Position numbers and translations under genes: made by a program. The notes under the pieces were generated by a model that worked only from the letters and a program-made list of their open reading frames with translations, made no database searches and was not told where the DNA came from. 64,000 nucleotides of DNA from the human T2T-CHM13v2.0 reference genome, Homo sapiens: NCBI RefSeq assembly GCF_009914755.1, contig NC_060933.1. One strand, given 5' to 3'. Shown in pieces: positions 32,098 through 53,389 of the stretch (the first letter of the stretch is position 1; every line of letters begins with the position of its first letter).

Positions 32098-32580
32098 TGT
32101 AATCAAACAATCAATGGGCTTGCTACCCGATGTGCATAGAAGCCAATACCATGGCACGGGCTTGAGAAAAGAGAAGCTGTATTGCTGGTTGACTGTCAAG
32201 AGACAGGAGAAAATGCTCAAATCTGTCTCCCTGAGCTGGGGGCTGAGTTGGGTTTTATAGGAATAGGGTAATGAAGTGTTATCTGATTGGGTCTTGTGAT
32301 GAGATGATGCTGGGAGGCATGATCTGACTGAATCCTGCCATGGGGTACCACAAGGGCTCCATTTGATTGGATCCTGGATCTTGCCATGCAGTGTCCCCTT
32401 TTTAATCCAGTCCCACTTCTTGGGCTGAGCACTTAAGTCCCGCCCATCATTGCAAGTTTGGTTCATTTGGGCATGTTCAGGTTATGGGACCTTCAGCCTG
32501 GGAGTCCATGGCAACTGAAAAACTATTCATAACTTTTTTACATAAAAGTTGAAGAACCAGACTGGTTTTGTGTGGTTACA
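32098..32580. mobile_element. ERV1-class solo LTR inserted in a MIR
   Basis: TGTAA..TTACA termini, 4-bp TSD CATT; flanks CCCATTTTATAAATGAACAGACTGAAG and GAGCTGGAATTTGAACTCAGGCAGTCTGGCTC are the two halves of a MIR. Confidence 0.75.
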
Positions 32581-32767
32581 CATTCACTTAATAAATGACT
32601 GAGCTGGAATTTGAACTCAGGCAGTCTGGCTCTTGTCTGACTCCAGCGCCCAATCTCTTAGCCAATATGCACTATTGCCTGTGATAGAGATATTATTTTT
32701 GGTTATTGGGATAATGACAGCCAAGGGAATCTATAGAGTATTATTCCACAAAAATAATTCTAAATAC

Positions 32768-33071
<304 letters not shown>

Positions 33072-34627
33072 CTAAACACATTAAATTTCTCTATAGGATA
33101 ACTTATTATTTTCTTAATGCTTGACATAATTTATGCCAAATAAGCTCAGTGGTTAAGCAAAAATATTCAGATATTAAGAAATATCATAAATCATTTAACG
33201 CTGTATTAAATACATATAATTTAATTGTCCAAAAGTATTTTCCTGAGTGAAAAAATGATGGTGCAAATTTTGGATATTATAAGACAACTTGAAGAAGAGT
33301 AGAGTGCAGAAAGAAGTTATATTTTAGGTGGGCTAGAATAACATAACATTTATTCAATAGCCCCAATTTGTGATATAACACTTCATAAAAATGTTCAACA
33401 GTTTACAAGTGCTTTATCTGAAAACAATGGAGAATTAATAGCATAAACTGGGAAACTTACTTTATGATTAACAAAGTTTTTTTTAATGAAAATGATTAAA
33501 AGTAGACTAAATTGTTTTAAGTATTTCTTTTTCATTCAGCATTCAATTGCCAAGTCATTTCATTCACAGTTTTTAAGGATGTTCTGAAAATTCTGGCATA
33601 AGACCCAGGAGATGAAATTATTTGCCAAATGTTGATGTATTATGGGAAAAAATGACTCTGTTTACAACTGTAGCCATGTGAAAATTAAAGTTATTTAATC
33701 CCAATTTCAATTAGCCAATTATGAGACAAAGGCAAAGAACTAGTGAAATACTACAAAACACTTTTTTGATATATTATACGATTAAGTTATCATTTTGCGC
33801 CAATGGATAAGAATAGGGTTGCCATAGGGGTTCATCCTAATGCTAGGAAGCAGATCATAAAATCTAAAATTACTGGTAGAATTTATAGAGAATAGACTCT
33901 GACATTAAGATGTAACACAATTTAATTGAGTAGCACAAATATAATTGTCTTGCCTCATGGCTAAGTATCTCTGTAGAACTGCAATTTTAAAAAATGAAAC
34001 CCAGCCAACAAAGGCAAGTAAAAAGTCCATAAGACTTATGAACTCTGTCAAAGTGAATACAATAGAAGACTCTCAGTCATAATTCTTTAAATCCTTCTAA
34101 TTCCTTGATATTCAATATCTTTAATTGCCATAAGGCCCTGAGGTTGCTCCCTCTTAGCTCTTAAGCTGACCTCCTACTAATATGTAGCTCTTTGCTGCTT
34201 CTCCCTCTTGGTCTTTATTTTCTACAAGCTGAACTCTCAGCCCTTTTCAAATGAAAATTGACCAATTGATCCTATGCTCTTAGAAAACCTTCATGTACTT
34301 CAACCCCTTCTCCTGGTCCTATATATCAAAAGGCCAAGTTCTAGGGGTCTGTAGTCTCTAATAGTGTGATGATATGGCTACCCTGAGAAGCAACATCTCA
34401 TCCAGGAAACCCTGATCAGCATTTTTCTCTGCAAGTGGCGTCGCAGGATTGTGAATTGTAAACAGATAAAAGGATTCTTAGTGGTACCTCTGTCAAGCTC
34501 ATTACACATTCCAGAATCAATCAAGTTTCCTGCTAGCATTTGAAGAATATCACCAAAAAATTGGTAGCTGCGTTGTTTCCTTTGGACATGCAAGTAGATA
34601 ACTATCAGTAACTACCAATAATAACAG

Positions 34628-35332
<705 letters not shown>

Positions 35333-37565
35333 AACTGTAAGTACAGTCAGCTTCACTAGATCACATTTTCTATTTTGAGAGCCCATTTTGAAAATTTTAA
35401 AAGCTTTGAGATTTTGAATATGATCAAAAGTACTGAGAACAAAGAAAATTCATTTGGAAAGACAATTGGTAGTCTGCTCACAAATGAATAATCTGGGACA
35501 CTTAATAATATATCTGAGTTTTGTTCTACGTTAATGAACAATGTAGGTCCTGGCATCATGGAGAATAATTGCACTTTGCTTCTGCAAACTCCTAATAAGT
35601 GTTCTGCCAACAGGCAGGAAAGTAGGGTTTTCTACCGCAATGAAATCTGCAGCTTTATGTCTTTAATCCCTGTGGCTTCATAGGAAGGCAGTTCTTTCTA
35701 TAGGATAAAACTTGAAGAACATGACTGCATTCAGATTTAAGACAAAAAAAAAAAACCTAAAATGGAAAGAGTATTAAAACTATGTCAAAGCATATGGTAT
35801 TGATGCCTCAGTGTTCCCCAGTGTTCCTGAGTTCAACAGAAAGTTCTAGTAAGGTTGACAGATTTCCATCTCAAGAGTCTGCCTTGTCACTCTTCCCAGG
35901 GAAGAGTTTTGTATAGAAGATTGGACACATGCAAAAACAACCCAGAATTACATGTGTGTGGCAGGAAGAGGGGACAATGTCCCTGGAGGTGACATCCAAC
36001 AAATGCAGGATAGCAATCAGTGGACAGGAAGATTCTGAGACACGTTCCATGGGCTGTCTCAGAGAGTCCCCAGAGGGATTAGCTACATAGCAAATAATAC
36101 CCCACAGTGGTGACTTTTCACATTGTAATTTGCCAATGCGTTTATTGACTCCTTTTATCTGTGTCCTCCTAATATGCTCTGGGAAAGAGGTTGAGGTTGC
36201 AAATCCCCACAACCCCGTTTGAGTTTTTGATGGAACAGCTGCTGTCCACTTCTGATCAACTGAGGCCCTAGAAAAAGCATGTAAGTCCTACTCCCTCACA
36301 CTTCTGTAGTGTCACGTGTATTTGTCCTTATAAACCTGAATCAATCTGGAAATTCATTGCCAAACATAAGGGTTCCAGGAAGTCTAACTTTATCAAAAGG
36401 ACTTTAATGAAATTAATAAAAAGTAGAAACTTTTAAAAATATTGATCTGTAAACTGCTTAGGACAAAATATGTATAAAACTAAACTGAACTATTAAACTT
36501 TACATTAAAATCTAGGGAGTAATAAACATCATTTACTATTTAATTTCTCAAATGGAAGTGACATATTGTCATTGATTAGCAACAGTGAGTGTGGTATCAG
36601 AATCGTTTCTGGAATCTTTTCAAACTATACCTCCCTGCTGGAAATTCTGTTATATCCTCAAGTTGTGTTTCAGAAGGCAGAAACTATTTCCACAGTGAGG
36701 CACTATTTCGGATATATCATCCCTCAAGAGGAATATGTACAGGGAAAAGAGAATATGTACACTTGATAATGAATATATGTTGTCTGATTTAAAAAGTGTG
36801 CAGGTTATTAAGTTGGTAAGTTAAAGATAATATATTTATCCATTATTTAATATGTTAGTAAAGGTAATTATTTCAAAATTAGAGTTAAAAAGTTTAAATT
36901 TATCACCTATTTGAGTATGTTTAACATACACACACACACGTATATGTATATATATAATTATATCAAGATTAACAGCTTATAAAAATCATTTCAAAATTTT
37001 GGTCTTCAAATATAAGTTGTGTGTTTTGGTCAGGATCTTCAATCATTTATGGCAAAGGTTTCTCACTTCTAAGACTTCCTCTTGCTTTGTTTGTTTAAAG
37101 TATCATCGCCTATAATAGGTATCCGAAACTAATGTCTAACTTTTGCTGTAATTCCTAGTTTTCTCTAAAATTCTGGGTCTTCCTTTTTCCTTTTCTTTTG
37201 GTTTCTTTTCTTCTTTTCTCTTCTCTTCTTTTTCTTCCTGTCTCCCATTCTTCTTTTTTTTTGTTGTTTTTGTTTTATAAATTTAAGTTATGAATTTATG
37301 GGAATAAAGCTGTTAAATGTTGTTCGTATCTAAAGGTCTTTGGGGTTTCTCAGATAGCTACTGGATAATGCTCTACTCACATTATTCAAGAAGAAATTTG
37401 TAAAGTAATTAGATATGTTTGATACTGTCTATATTCTGATTATCTCAACCACTGTATGAGGTCACTAGATCCCATGCCCCAGAGCCTCTGTGCTGTGATT
37501 TAGATGCCCAAAAGACTGTGTGTTTGTTAAGCGAACATTACAACAACCCCCAAGTTAGGCACTCC

Positions 37566-43275
<5,710 letters not shown>

Positions 43276-43689
43276 GAAAGTAAACCTTCTCCATTATTTG
43301 TGCATAGAGATAACATTTTGCTTTATGGTTTAAAAATTGATCACAAGCTCATTGCCTACATTAACATTTCTCTTGACCTTGTGACTATGGTTTATTCACT
43401 TTGTTTAGTTATAGTGGTAGCCCAGCTGATAAAGTCTTAGCAGACTTCCCTCAGCTCACTCTGCATAGGGTCTTTGACAAGAGTGTCATTAGTATAGAAC
43501 AACACATGGCACTTCTAGGAAAACAACATCATTGCTTATATAATCTTTTGTTGGCTACTTCCCCAGAAAACCTTTAAACTCTGCTACTAACTAAATCTAG
43601 CTACTGATTGAGGGAAGCAGTCTACCATGAGCCTTGCGTAGTTCTGAAGGTTCTTGCTGGGTATGTCAAGAATGCAAGTCTCCTTACTT

Positions 43690-44390
43690 CACACCCATTA
43701 GGATAATTAATATCAAATGAACAGAAAATAACGAATGCTGATGAAGAGGTAGAGAAACTAGGGCCTTTATGGTTACTGGTGGGAATGCAAAATGATAGAG
43801 TTGCTGTGGACCAGAGTATGGTGATTTCCCAAGGAATTAAACACAGAATTACCATATGACCCAGCAATTCCTCCAAAATTAATTTCAAGCAAGGACTCCA
43901 ACAGATATTTGTACATCAACATCCATATTAGCATTATTCACAGTAGCCAAAAGTAGAAACAACCCAAATATCCATTGGCAGATAAAGAGATAAAATGTGG
44001 CATAGACATAGAGTAAAATATAATTCATCCTTAAAAAGAAAGGAAATTCTGCCACATGCTACAATATAGATAAATTTGAAAGACCTTACACTAAGTAAAA
44101 TAAGGTAGACACAAATGGAGATATATTTTATGATTCTACTGATATGAGGTACCCAGAGTAATCAAATTCATAGAAACAGAAAGTAAAATGGTCATTGCCT
44201 GGGGCTGGGGGGAGTAAGGAATTGATAATTAGTGTTAATGGGTACAGAGTTTCAGTTCTGCAAGATGAAAAAAATTCTGGAGATGGATAGTGGTGATGAT
44301 GGCACAACAATGTGAGTGTGCTTGCCACTGAATTGTACACTTAAAGTCATTAAAATGGTAACATTTCATGTTATGTTTATTTATCACAGT
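43690..44390 (+). mobile_element. L1MB-type 3' fragment
   Basis: ACAGAATTACCATATGACCCAGCAATTCC..GGGTACAGAGTTTCAGTT..GAATTGTACACTTAAA. Confidence 0.8.
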
Positions 44391-46830
44391 AGAAAATTTG
44401 AGATATGTAGATGTAGACAAATAAGAATAAATACCTGTGTCAAAAGGGAAAAAAATTTAAATGCAAGGCTCTGAATGCTCTTTTTCCATACCATTTCTCT
44501 AGGTTGTATTTCTAGCAGCAAGCTTGAGAGGTGAAAAAATGTTTCCCTTTGGAACGTTAAGCAGACTTGTCTACTGCTTAATGTAAAAGCAGTACATCCC
44601 CCAAGCTCAGTGTTTCTTTGCTGCAATACAAATTTATTATAGCATGTTCACCATTGACTTGGGTTCCTCTGCTTTATCCTTGTGAGATTTGGGGGACAAA
44701 GTTGACTGATACAACATGACACTCACACTAGCAATGCCGTGAGTAATGAAATGTCTGTCTCTGATCCAGGACTGTTGTGTCTTCCCCCTATTCATGAAAC
44801 AGTAACAGACTAACTTATTAGCTTATAAATGGGGTAAAATCTCAGACACTACATTTCCTTGTTAATATAGGTGACTGTTATTTGTGTCTACCAACTACTG
44901 AAACTTTAATCATGCACTTTTGGGACTAATGTTCCTCTACAGAACCTTGATGTAATATTAATGCGATCCAGGTATATATTTTACAGTATAGGCTATAATT
45001 TTTGGATATCTGTTATAGAATCTGCCTTTTTACCAATGCTTAGTTCTTCTCAAATGGTTAAACTGACAGGTCTAGTGTAAGCATACAACCTTGCTATAGC
45101 TTTAAGGCTTAGCTACCACAAGTAGAGTAGATATTCCTCTGAGACTTTTTATGAATCTAACAAGCTATGATAACAAAGGAGTTCTCTAATTTCGTTGGGT
45201 ACTTCAATCAAACACTGAAAATGATTAATGACTTTGAGGGCAACACAATATTCAAAATGAATCTTGGTTATTAAAATTATAGGCTATAATTTAGTTGATA
45301 TATTAAAAACCACAGAGAACTTTCTAGATGACTACTGTATAAAAGTAGAAGCCCTTATTGGTTTTTCCATCAACTGGTAAAACCAGTTGCTGAAACTGAT
45401 TTTATTAATCCAAAATACTTATTCATATTTCAAGAAAATCTCAAAGAAAATTTCTTGGAAATAATTTATTTGTACTTAGCATAACCAAGGATCAGTTACC
45501 AAAGTGTAAAGTTTTAAAAGTCATTTACCAAAGAAGAAACTTTTCATTTTAATTAAAGCTTTCGTTTGAGCTAAAGTTCTACTCCTAGATAAAATGTTAA
45601 TGTGATCTTGTCCCAAATTTCTCATAAACTCTCATTTTGTAAATGTTACAAGAAGGTACGTGACTCTTGGCTTGAATCCTGCTCTGACAGATTCCATATC
45701 ATTGAATTTGTATCCTGTCAAGTATTTACAAAATTAATATATGTGCAGTCATGTGCACAATTAATACAAAATGTATTTCCAAGAGGGATATGATTGGATG
45801 TATCCCTCCAAGATAATGAGTTTATTGGAAGAAACACACTTAGCATTAGAACTATGCTATAAAAAGCCATTTTGATTATTTTTTTAATCGCAAAGAATCT
45901 GTTTAAGCTCTATGAAAAACACTAGAGAAGACATGGTTCTAAGGATAAAAGTGTTTAGGGTCCTATAATCTGGACATCCAGACCCATGTTAAATCTGACC
46001 TAGAGGCCTATTAAAAAGCCTCCAGAAGCAGACAACTTCCAGTAGACATATTCCTTCAAGAGTCTACATATCAGGAAGATGACATTAAAAGTATATTCAG
46101 TCATATGAAGCTTTCACTCAAGATATTTCAGGTAAAACTTCATGATCAGAAAAACATGCCCTTATTTTGATTCTATTTTATCACTTGGATACCCCTCTTT
46201 TTCTCACTTTTTTCATTTTTTCTTAGTTCAAGGTATTAGGCTATGAAAATTGAAATCCCAGTCATTTTTCTCATTTTCTTGACTAATTTCATTCTGATAA
46301 ACCCTGTGAACTCATTGCAACTTTCCAGAATATTACTAATGCTAAAGCATCTAGACGTTATGGCTAAAATGCAGGTCCTCAAAATTAGCTGCAGTTGCTG
46401 ATATTTTTTTAGAGCCTCATGAGAAAGATAATGGCATATGGAATTAATGATAAATTATGACCAATTATTTTCTCATAAAGCTACACAGAAATCATTGCAT
46501 GCTTTTTCTAAACTCTGGGATTTTATTCTGAATACAAAAATTAATTAAATTCAGGTGACATTTGATAAATAATTGTGACTATGAAAAACATACTTGTGTC
46601 TCCACAAGATATACTCTTGGAATTATTATTCTTATGAAGAAATCATGATTTTCTATAATCATATTCAAACATAAACATTGTTTTGGACATCGTATTCTGG
46701 CCTTTCCATTTACTGAAACAAACCATTCAGTTGCTCATATTTTATTGAATCAATGTGGTAGTTTATAAAGAGGGACTCAAGACATCAGAATTTATCATAT
46801 ATATGTACATGTATACATATACGCTTCATT

Positions 46831-46888
46831 TTGTGTGTGTGTATGTGTGTGCTTGTGTGTGTAGGTGTGAGTGTTTGTGTGTAGGTGT
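46831..46888 (+). repeat. Degenerate (TG)n tract, continuing at 48276-48357 beyond the LTR12
   Basis: TGTGTGTGTGTATGTGTG..GTAGGTGT on both sides of the LTR. Confidence 0.85.
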
Positions 46889-48275
46889 TGAGAGGTGACA
46901 GCGTGCTGGCAATCCTCAGAGCCCTCGCTTGCTCTCGGCACCTCCCCTGCCTGGGCTCCCACTTTGGCGGCATTTGAGGAGCCCTTCAGCCCCCACTACA
47001 CTGTGGGAGCCCCTTTCTGGGCTGGCCAAGGCCGGAGCCCACTCCTTCAGCTTGCAGGGAGGTGTGGAGGGAGAGGCGCGAGCGGGAACCCGGGCTGCAT
47101 GTGGCGCTTGTGGGCCAGCTGGAGTTCCGGGTGGGCATGGGCTTGGCGGGCCCCGCACTGGGAGCAGCCGGGCAGCCCTGCTGGCCCCGGGCAATGAGGG
47201 ACTTAGCACCCGGGCCAGCAGCTGCAGAGGGTGTACTGGGTCCCCCAGCAGTGCCGGCCCACCGGTGCTGCGCTCGATTTCTCGCCGGGCCTTAGCTGCC
47301 TTCCCACGGGGCAGGGCTGGGGACCTGCAACCCGCCATGCCTGAGCCTCCCACCCACTCCATGGGCTCCTGTGCAGCCCGAGCCTCCCCGACGAGCACCA
47401 CCCCCTGCTCCACGGCGCCCGGTCCCATCGACCACCCTAGGGCTGAGGAGTGCGAGCGCACGGCGCAGGACTGGCAGGCAGCTCCACCTGCAGCCCCTGT
47501 GCAGGATCCACTAGGTGAAGCCAGCTGGGCTCCTGAGTCTGGTGGGGAGGTGGAGAGTCTTATGTCTAGCTCAGGGATTGTAAATACACCAATCAGCACC
47601 CTGTGTTTAGCTCAAGGTTTGTGAATGCACCAATCGACACTGTGTATCTAGCTGCTCTGGTGGGGCCTTGGAGAACCTGTGTGTGGAAACTCTGTATCTA
47701 ACTAATCTGATGGGGAGGTGGAGAACTTTGTATCTAGCTCAGGGATTGTAAACGCACCAATCAGCGCCCTGTTAAAACAGGCCACTCGGCTCTACCAATC
47801 AGCAGCATGTGGGTGGGGCCAGATAAGAGAATAAAAGCAGGCTGCCCGAGCCAGCATTGGCAACCCGCTCGGGTCCCCTTCCAGACTGTGGAACCTGTGT
47901 TCTTTTGCCCTTTGCAATAAATCTTGCTACTGCTCATTCTTTGGGTGCACGCTGCTTTTATAAGCTGTAACACTCACCGTGAAGATTTGCAGCTTCACTC
48001 CTGAGCCCAGTGAGACCACCAGCCCACCGGGAGGAACGAACAACTCCAGACGTGGCACCTTAAGAGCTGTAACACTCACCACGAAGGTCTGCAGCTTCAC
48101 TCCTGAGCCAGCGAGACCACGAACCCACCAGAAGGAAGAAACTCCGAACACATCTGAACGTCAGAAGGGACAGACTTCCAGATGCGCCACCTTAAAAGCT
48201 GTAACACTCACCGCGAGGGTCCGCGGCTTCATTCTTGAAGTCAGTGAGACCAAGAACCCACCAATTTCGGGCACA
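46889..48275 (+). mobile_element. LTR12C-like (ERV9) solo LTR
   Basis: Starts TGAGAGGTGACAGCGTGCTGGC, ends GAACCCACCAATTTCGGGCACA; GC-rich U3, repeated CCAAT units, GTAACACTCACC repeats in U5; 4-bp TSD GTGT. Confidence 0.92.
47589..47836 (+). promoter_or_regulatory. LTR12 core promoter: four CCAAT boxes, GC/GATA motif and AATAAAA TATA-like box
   Basis: CCAAT at 47589, 47630, 47757, 47795; GGGTGGGGCCAGATAAGAGAATAAAA at ~47811-47836. Confidence 0.65.
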
Positions 48276-48636
48276 GTGTCAGTGTGTGTGTGTGACTGTG
48301 TGTGTGTATGTGTGTAGGTGGGTGTATGTGTGAGTATGTTTGTGTGTGTGTAGGTGTTTCTACCTTATCCAAGTTGTTTCCCAACTAACATGCATGATCC
48401 ATAATTTATCCTGGACTATGGACTCCGCAGTAAACAAAGCACCTCAGGTTTTAGAAACTCAACAGAATAGCAGCAACGTGTTGACTAGGATAGTCCTAAA
48501 TAATAGATAATTGGCAATTTAATGTCCTTCCAAGAGAAAATCTTTACCATACCTGAAATATCTGGAACCTGAATAAACATTAGGTAAGTAAAATTGATTT
48601 ATTCGATCTTAGGAGTTATTTTTCTGGCTAAGCTAA

Positions 48637-49050
<414 letters not shown>

Positions 49051-50199
49051 TATCTTGATTCTTATATCTTGCTTCACAGCCATAACCCTGACCTGACATT
49101 CAACTCATAATACAGTGTTGAAGAAAAAAATAAAACCTCTATAGGAAAAATCTGTTCATCTGGGAGCTGGATTTTAACCAAAGAAAACAGAGATATAAGA
49201 TATATTTTAAAGGGATATGATGCAGTCTGATTTAATTGTGTGCAGAGTGGCAATAGAAGGAGAGTGGCACGTAATGCCTGGACACAGTTTGTCCCAGCAG
49301 AACTGTCGAGCCTTTTCAGATAATCTAGAAATAACTGCAAGTTTTCTCTGTTGACTATCCCAGAGACTGATCCCTTAGTGTCCCTCTTGTCAGTCAGTAT
49401 ACTCAGGATAAAGAAAACTAAACTAATTTTTCAGACTTTTTTTTTAAATGCCTCTGCCCTTTTGTTTTATAAATCCAATTTTTATCTCTGATGATAACAA
49501 TCTATTGATTGTTCTCCCACATATATTAAAATTGCTTGTTGATAACTAAACTGACATGGAGTTATTTTTGACAACACAAAAATGTAGAGTACAATACAGT
49601 TGCATTTGAAATCAATAAGACAAGTGTAGTCTATTATTATTTAGGGACAAATGTCTGGTTTGTTTGATAAAAGTAATATTAGACTCCTACCTCCCACAAT
49701 TTAGATATACAAATTGCAGGTAAATTTTTATAATTTTACATATATTTGTCAGAAGAAAACAGAAAAATATAATAAAGTTCAAATACAAATTATAAATCTT
49801 TATGCCATCTGTCCCGCCAATTAGAAAAAAGTCATAAAATTAAATGAGATGTTGAGTGGAGGACTGCCTCAATACTTTCTGCTTAAGATGTGTGTCTAAG
49901 ACAAAATGGTAGCTAAAGATAGAGATAAAAAGGGTTACTGTGCATATAATGGACAATTTACAGCATTTAATAATAGATTTAACCTGCAGAAAACACACAT
50001 CAAAGTTAATATTTATATTCACAAACTTGGTGATTGAAGGTATTGTGAATTTCACACTATTTGAATATAATGGCAGAGTTAAGAGATTATAAACCAGTCT
50101 GAAATATTACTTAAATGTGACTGTATCTCATCTGCGTGCAAATAGCAGTTATTTTTTACATTCCTCTTTTTTATTTTTCTAAGGCCAGAAATTAAATAT

Positions 50200-51399
50200 T
50201 TATACATGTAAGAACTTGCTTTTTTCCCCTAACTCTCCAAGAGTATTCTTACCTGGTTTTATTAGAATAATACGGCCTCTGGGAGCAAAGATACCGCCTA
50301 GCACTCAGCACTGGAAGTCAAGGTGGAGAATATTTCCAAGGCAACCATGACCTTCCCTTTGGTGCTATGTTACACAGTTTGGAAGGTAATTCAAACAGTA
50401 CATAACATCAGCATGCTGAACATCAATAACTTGGCTTCATTGAAGGTGTCAGGCAGGCTGCTGGCCAGGAAAGCCAAGATGAAGCTCCCCAGTGCCAAAA
50501 AGGTCAAGAATCCCAGAACAGAGTGGAAGGCAAAGAATACCTCATCATTGAGAGTCCTGATGGCACTCTTTGATCCCATGCCAAATTCCAGAGAGTTACT
50601 TGGATAAGGAAACAGATGAAAATAACTGTGCTAAATACTCCCAGTCCCCAAAACCACTTTGGCTTTCTCTCTGATGCTGTAGCCTTACAGGCTATAAGCA
50701 CAGTGATAGTTTTAGCTAACGCAGTTGAAACAACCACAGTAAAAATGATTCCAAATGTTGTCTGTCAGAGGATACAAGTGACTGTGTTTGTACAGCCAGT
50801 GAAGAGCAAGGAGCAGAAGAAAACAGACAGAGAAATGTCGCTGAGAGTCTTGACTATGAGTGTGTGTATGTGCTTCACAAAGATCATAAGAACCATGGCT
50901 GTATTAGTCCATTTTCACACTGCTGATAAAGATATATCAGAGACTGGGTAATTTATAAAGGAAGAGAGCCTTAATGGACACACAGTTCCACGTGGCTGGG
51001 GAGGCCTCACAATCACGGCTGAAGGTGAAAGGTACGTCTTACCATGGCGGCCTGCAAGGGAGCACGAGAGCCAAGCGAAAGGGGAAACCTTTTAATAAAA
51101 TTATCAGATCTTGTGAGACTTAGAACAGTATGGGAGCAACTGCGCCCATGATTCAATTATCTCCCACCAGCTCCCTCTCACAACACGTGGGAATTATGGG
51201 AGCTATAATTCAAGATGAGATTAGGGTGGGGACACAGCGAAACCATACCAATGGCAGTGAGGACAGAGAAACAGAGAGCTATGCTGGCCAGTGCTGTCCC
51301 CAGTGCATCTTCAAAATCCAGGAAGGTCACAACTCTGTGAGGCAGTGATCTCTCTCACTGAATACTGGTTGTCTGGACATTTTGCACATTCAATGGAGT
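50200..51399 (-). pseudogene. V2R pseudogene exon 6 (7TM), interrupted by a THE1 LTR; 3' end approximate
   Basis: aaatcag|ACTCC; ECAKCPDNQYS/VTFLDFEDALGTALASIALCFSVLTA[LTR][104 protein letters not shown]. Confidence 0.92.
50900..51250 (-). mobile_element. THE1 (MaLR) solo LTR inside V2R exon 6
   Basis: TGTATTAGTCCATTTTCACACTGCTGATAAAG..GGGTGGGGACACAGCGAAACCATACCA; 351 bp; 5-bp TSD ATGGC on both sides. Confidence 0.9.
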
Positions 51400-52409
51400 C
51401 TGATTTTAAAAAGTCAAAAGCTTATTGTCTCAAGTTCTGAAATGCTTCCTTTTTTCACAGGACTAAACAATGATAACATTAGTCATCTTAAAGCACATTG
51501 TCCACCTATTCTCCATATTTCATGAAATTATAAGATGCTACAAATTAACTCATTCCAGTTTAGCAGTATTTATCCCCCTTGTCATTTATATGAAGAAAGA
51601 TGTTTTTTTATCTTTTACATAGATGTGCATGCTACTCCTATTTTTTATCTGATGATGAGACCATTACAATCTTTAAGACATTCCAAATATCTATTTGGCA
51701 GGCTAAGCCTTAAATTTATTCATTTATACAAGAAATTTATTCGTTTACACAAGAAAGCTTTAACTGGCGAGCCAGACCCTTAGTTGAATTCTAGAAATAC
51801 TGCAATGACCAAGGCATACTGCTTTTTTCAAAATTAAAAAAAAACACACCCTCAAACTCCCATTAGATTGACCATGAGACATTAAGTTGCACTGGTCCAG
51901 AATCTGGGCATTACTCATGATTTTTTACTTCACAAAAAAACACAACTAATACATCAGTGAATCCTCTTGACTCTCCCATCAAAATACTTCCTAATTCTAA
52001 TCACTTCTTGTCACTTCCACTTGGCCATCCTGATCTAAGACAATGCAATCTCTACCTAGATTATTGTAATAAACCCCAGTGGCCTGCCTACTTCCAATTC
52101 CCTGAGTCAACTTCAGTCTATTTTGCACAAAGCAGGCAGTTACTCTTTAACAATCAAATCATTTAACTTCCCTGCTCAAAGCTTTCCAATGGCTCTTAAT
52201 TACACTTTAAATCAAAATTTTTATCATGTTTCTAAATCTCAGACCTCACCTACTACCACAATTTCTTTTTGCTGTATTTTCCAACCATCCACATTAGCTG
52301 CCTTGATTTACTTTCAAGTTTACAAACTCCTGCCCCAAGGCCTTTGAACTTCTAGTTCTTTTGTCTTGAATATTCTTTCCTCAGAATGTAACAAGACTCA
52401 TTTACCTAC

Positions 52410-52586
52410 TAATAGTTTTGATATTTGTCTCCTTCAAATCTCATATTGAAATGTGATCCCCAATGTTTAAGGCAGGGGCTAATGGGAGGTGTCTGGGTCA
52501 TAAGGGTGGGTCCCCCCTGGATGGCTTGGTGCCTTCCCTCCAGTAAGGGGTGAGTTCTTGCTCCATTAGTTCATGAGAAAGCTGGC
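52410..52586 (+). mobile_element. MST (MaLR) LTR 5' fragment
   Basis: CAAATCTCATATTGAAATGTGATCCCCAATGTT..GGGAGGTGTCTGGGTCAT. Confidence 0.65.
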
Positions 52587-52746
52587 AATGTTCTACTGAT
52601 TAGAACATTAAAATGTATCACATGAATGATCACATGATTGATAAATGAGGGAAAGAATGGCACTTTGTAGGTCTAACCCAAATCCTAATCAATTTTTGTA
52701 TTAATGGGGACGCTGAAGAACGGCTAGAAACAAATTGTTTGTTGAC

Positions 52747-52865
52747 CTATCTTATTGGAAATCTTACCCTCTAGGTGCTGAGTTCAAACAACATACAGCT
52801 TTTCCTTCCTGTGGGGATTTTCTAAATTCTGACCCATAGTTGTGGCTGCACACAAAGTAGAGAGC
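52747..52865 (-). pseudogene. V2R pseudogene exon 5 (cysteine-rich NCD3G domain)
   Basis: ttttcttcag|GCTCTC..; VCSHNYGSEFRKSPQEGKAVCC/PEGKISNK; donor AG|gtcaac. Confidence 0.83.
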
Positions 52866-53063
52866 CTGAAGAAAAGAAACTGGGGGTCGGTGTTCCTCAT
52901 ATATTTAGAATAGATGAATTATAAAATTCCAAAATTAATAATATTGTATTAATTTAAATATTATGATGTGTAATACATTTTAGAACTATCTGAAACATGC
53001 ATACTAGAAAATAAAAATTAAGTAGAAACAAAAGCAATGTTTTTGATAAAGGTAAAATAAAGT

Positions 53064-53389
<326 letters not shown>

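Noticed and set aside
43440-46200. Possible LTR halves around the L1MB and ERV-internal remnants
   Set aside because: Suggestive, but I could not define termini, TSD, primer-binding site or a convincing pol/env motif by eye.
46895-48317. ORFs of 100-231 aa on both strands
   Set aside because: They lie within the GC-rich LTR12C, where stops are rare; no protein-family features.
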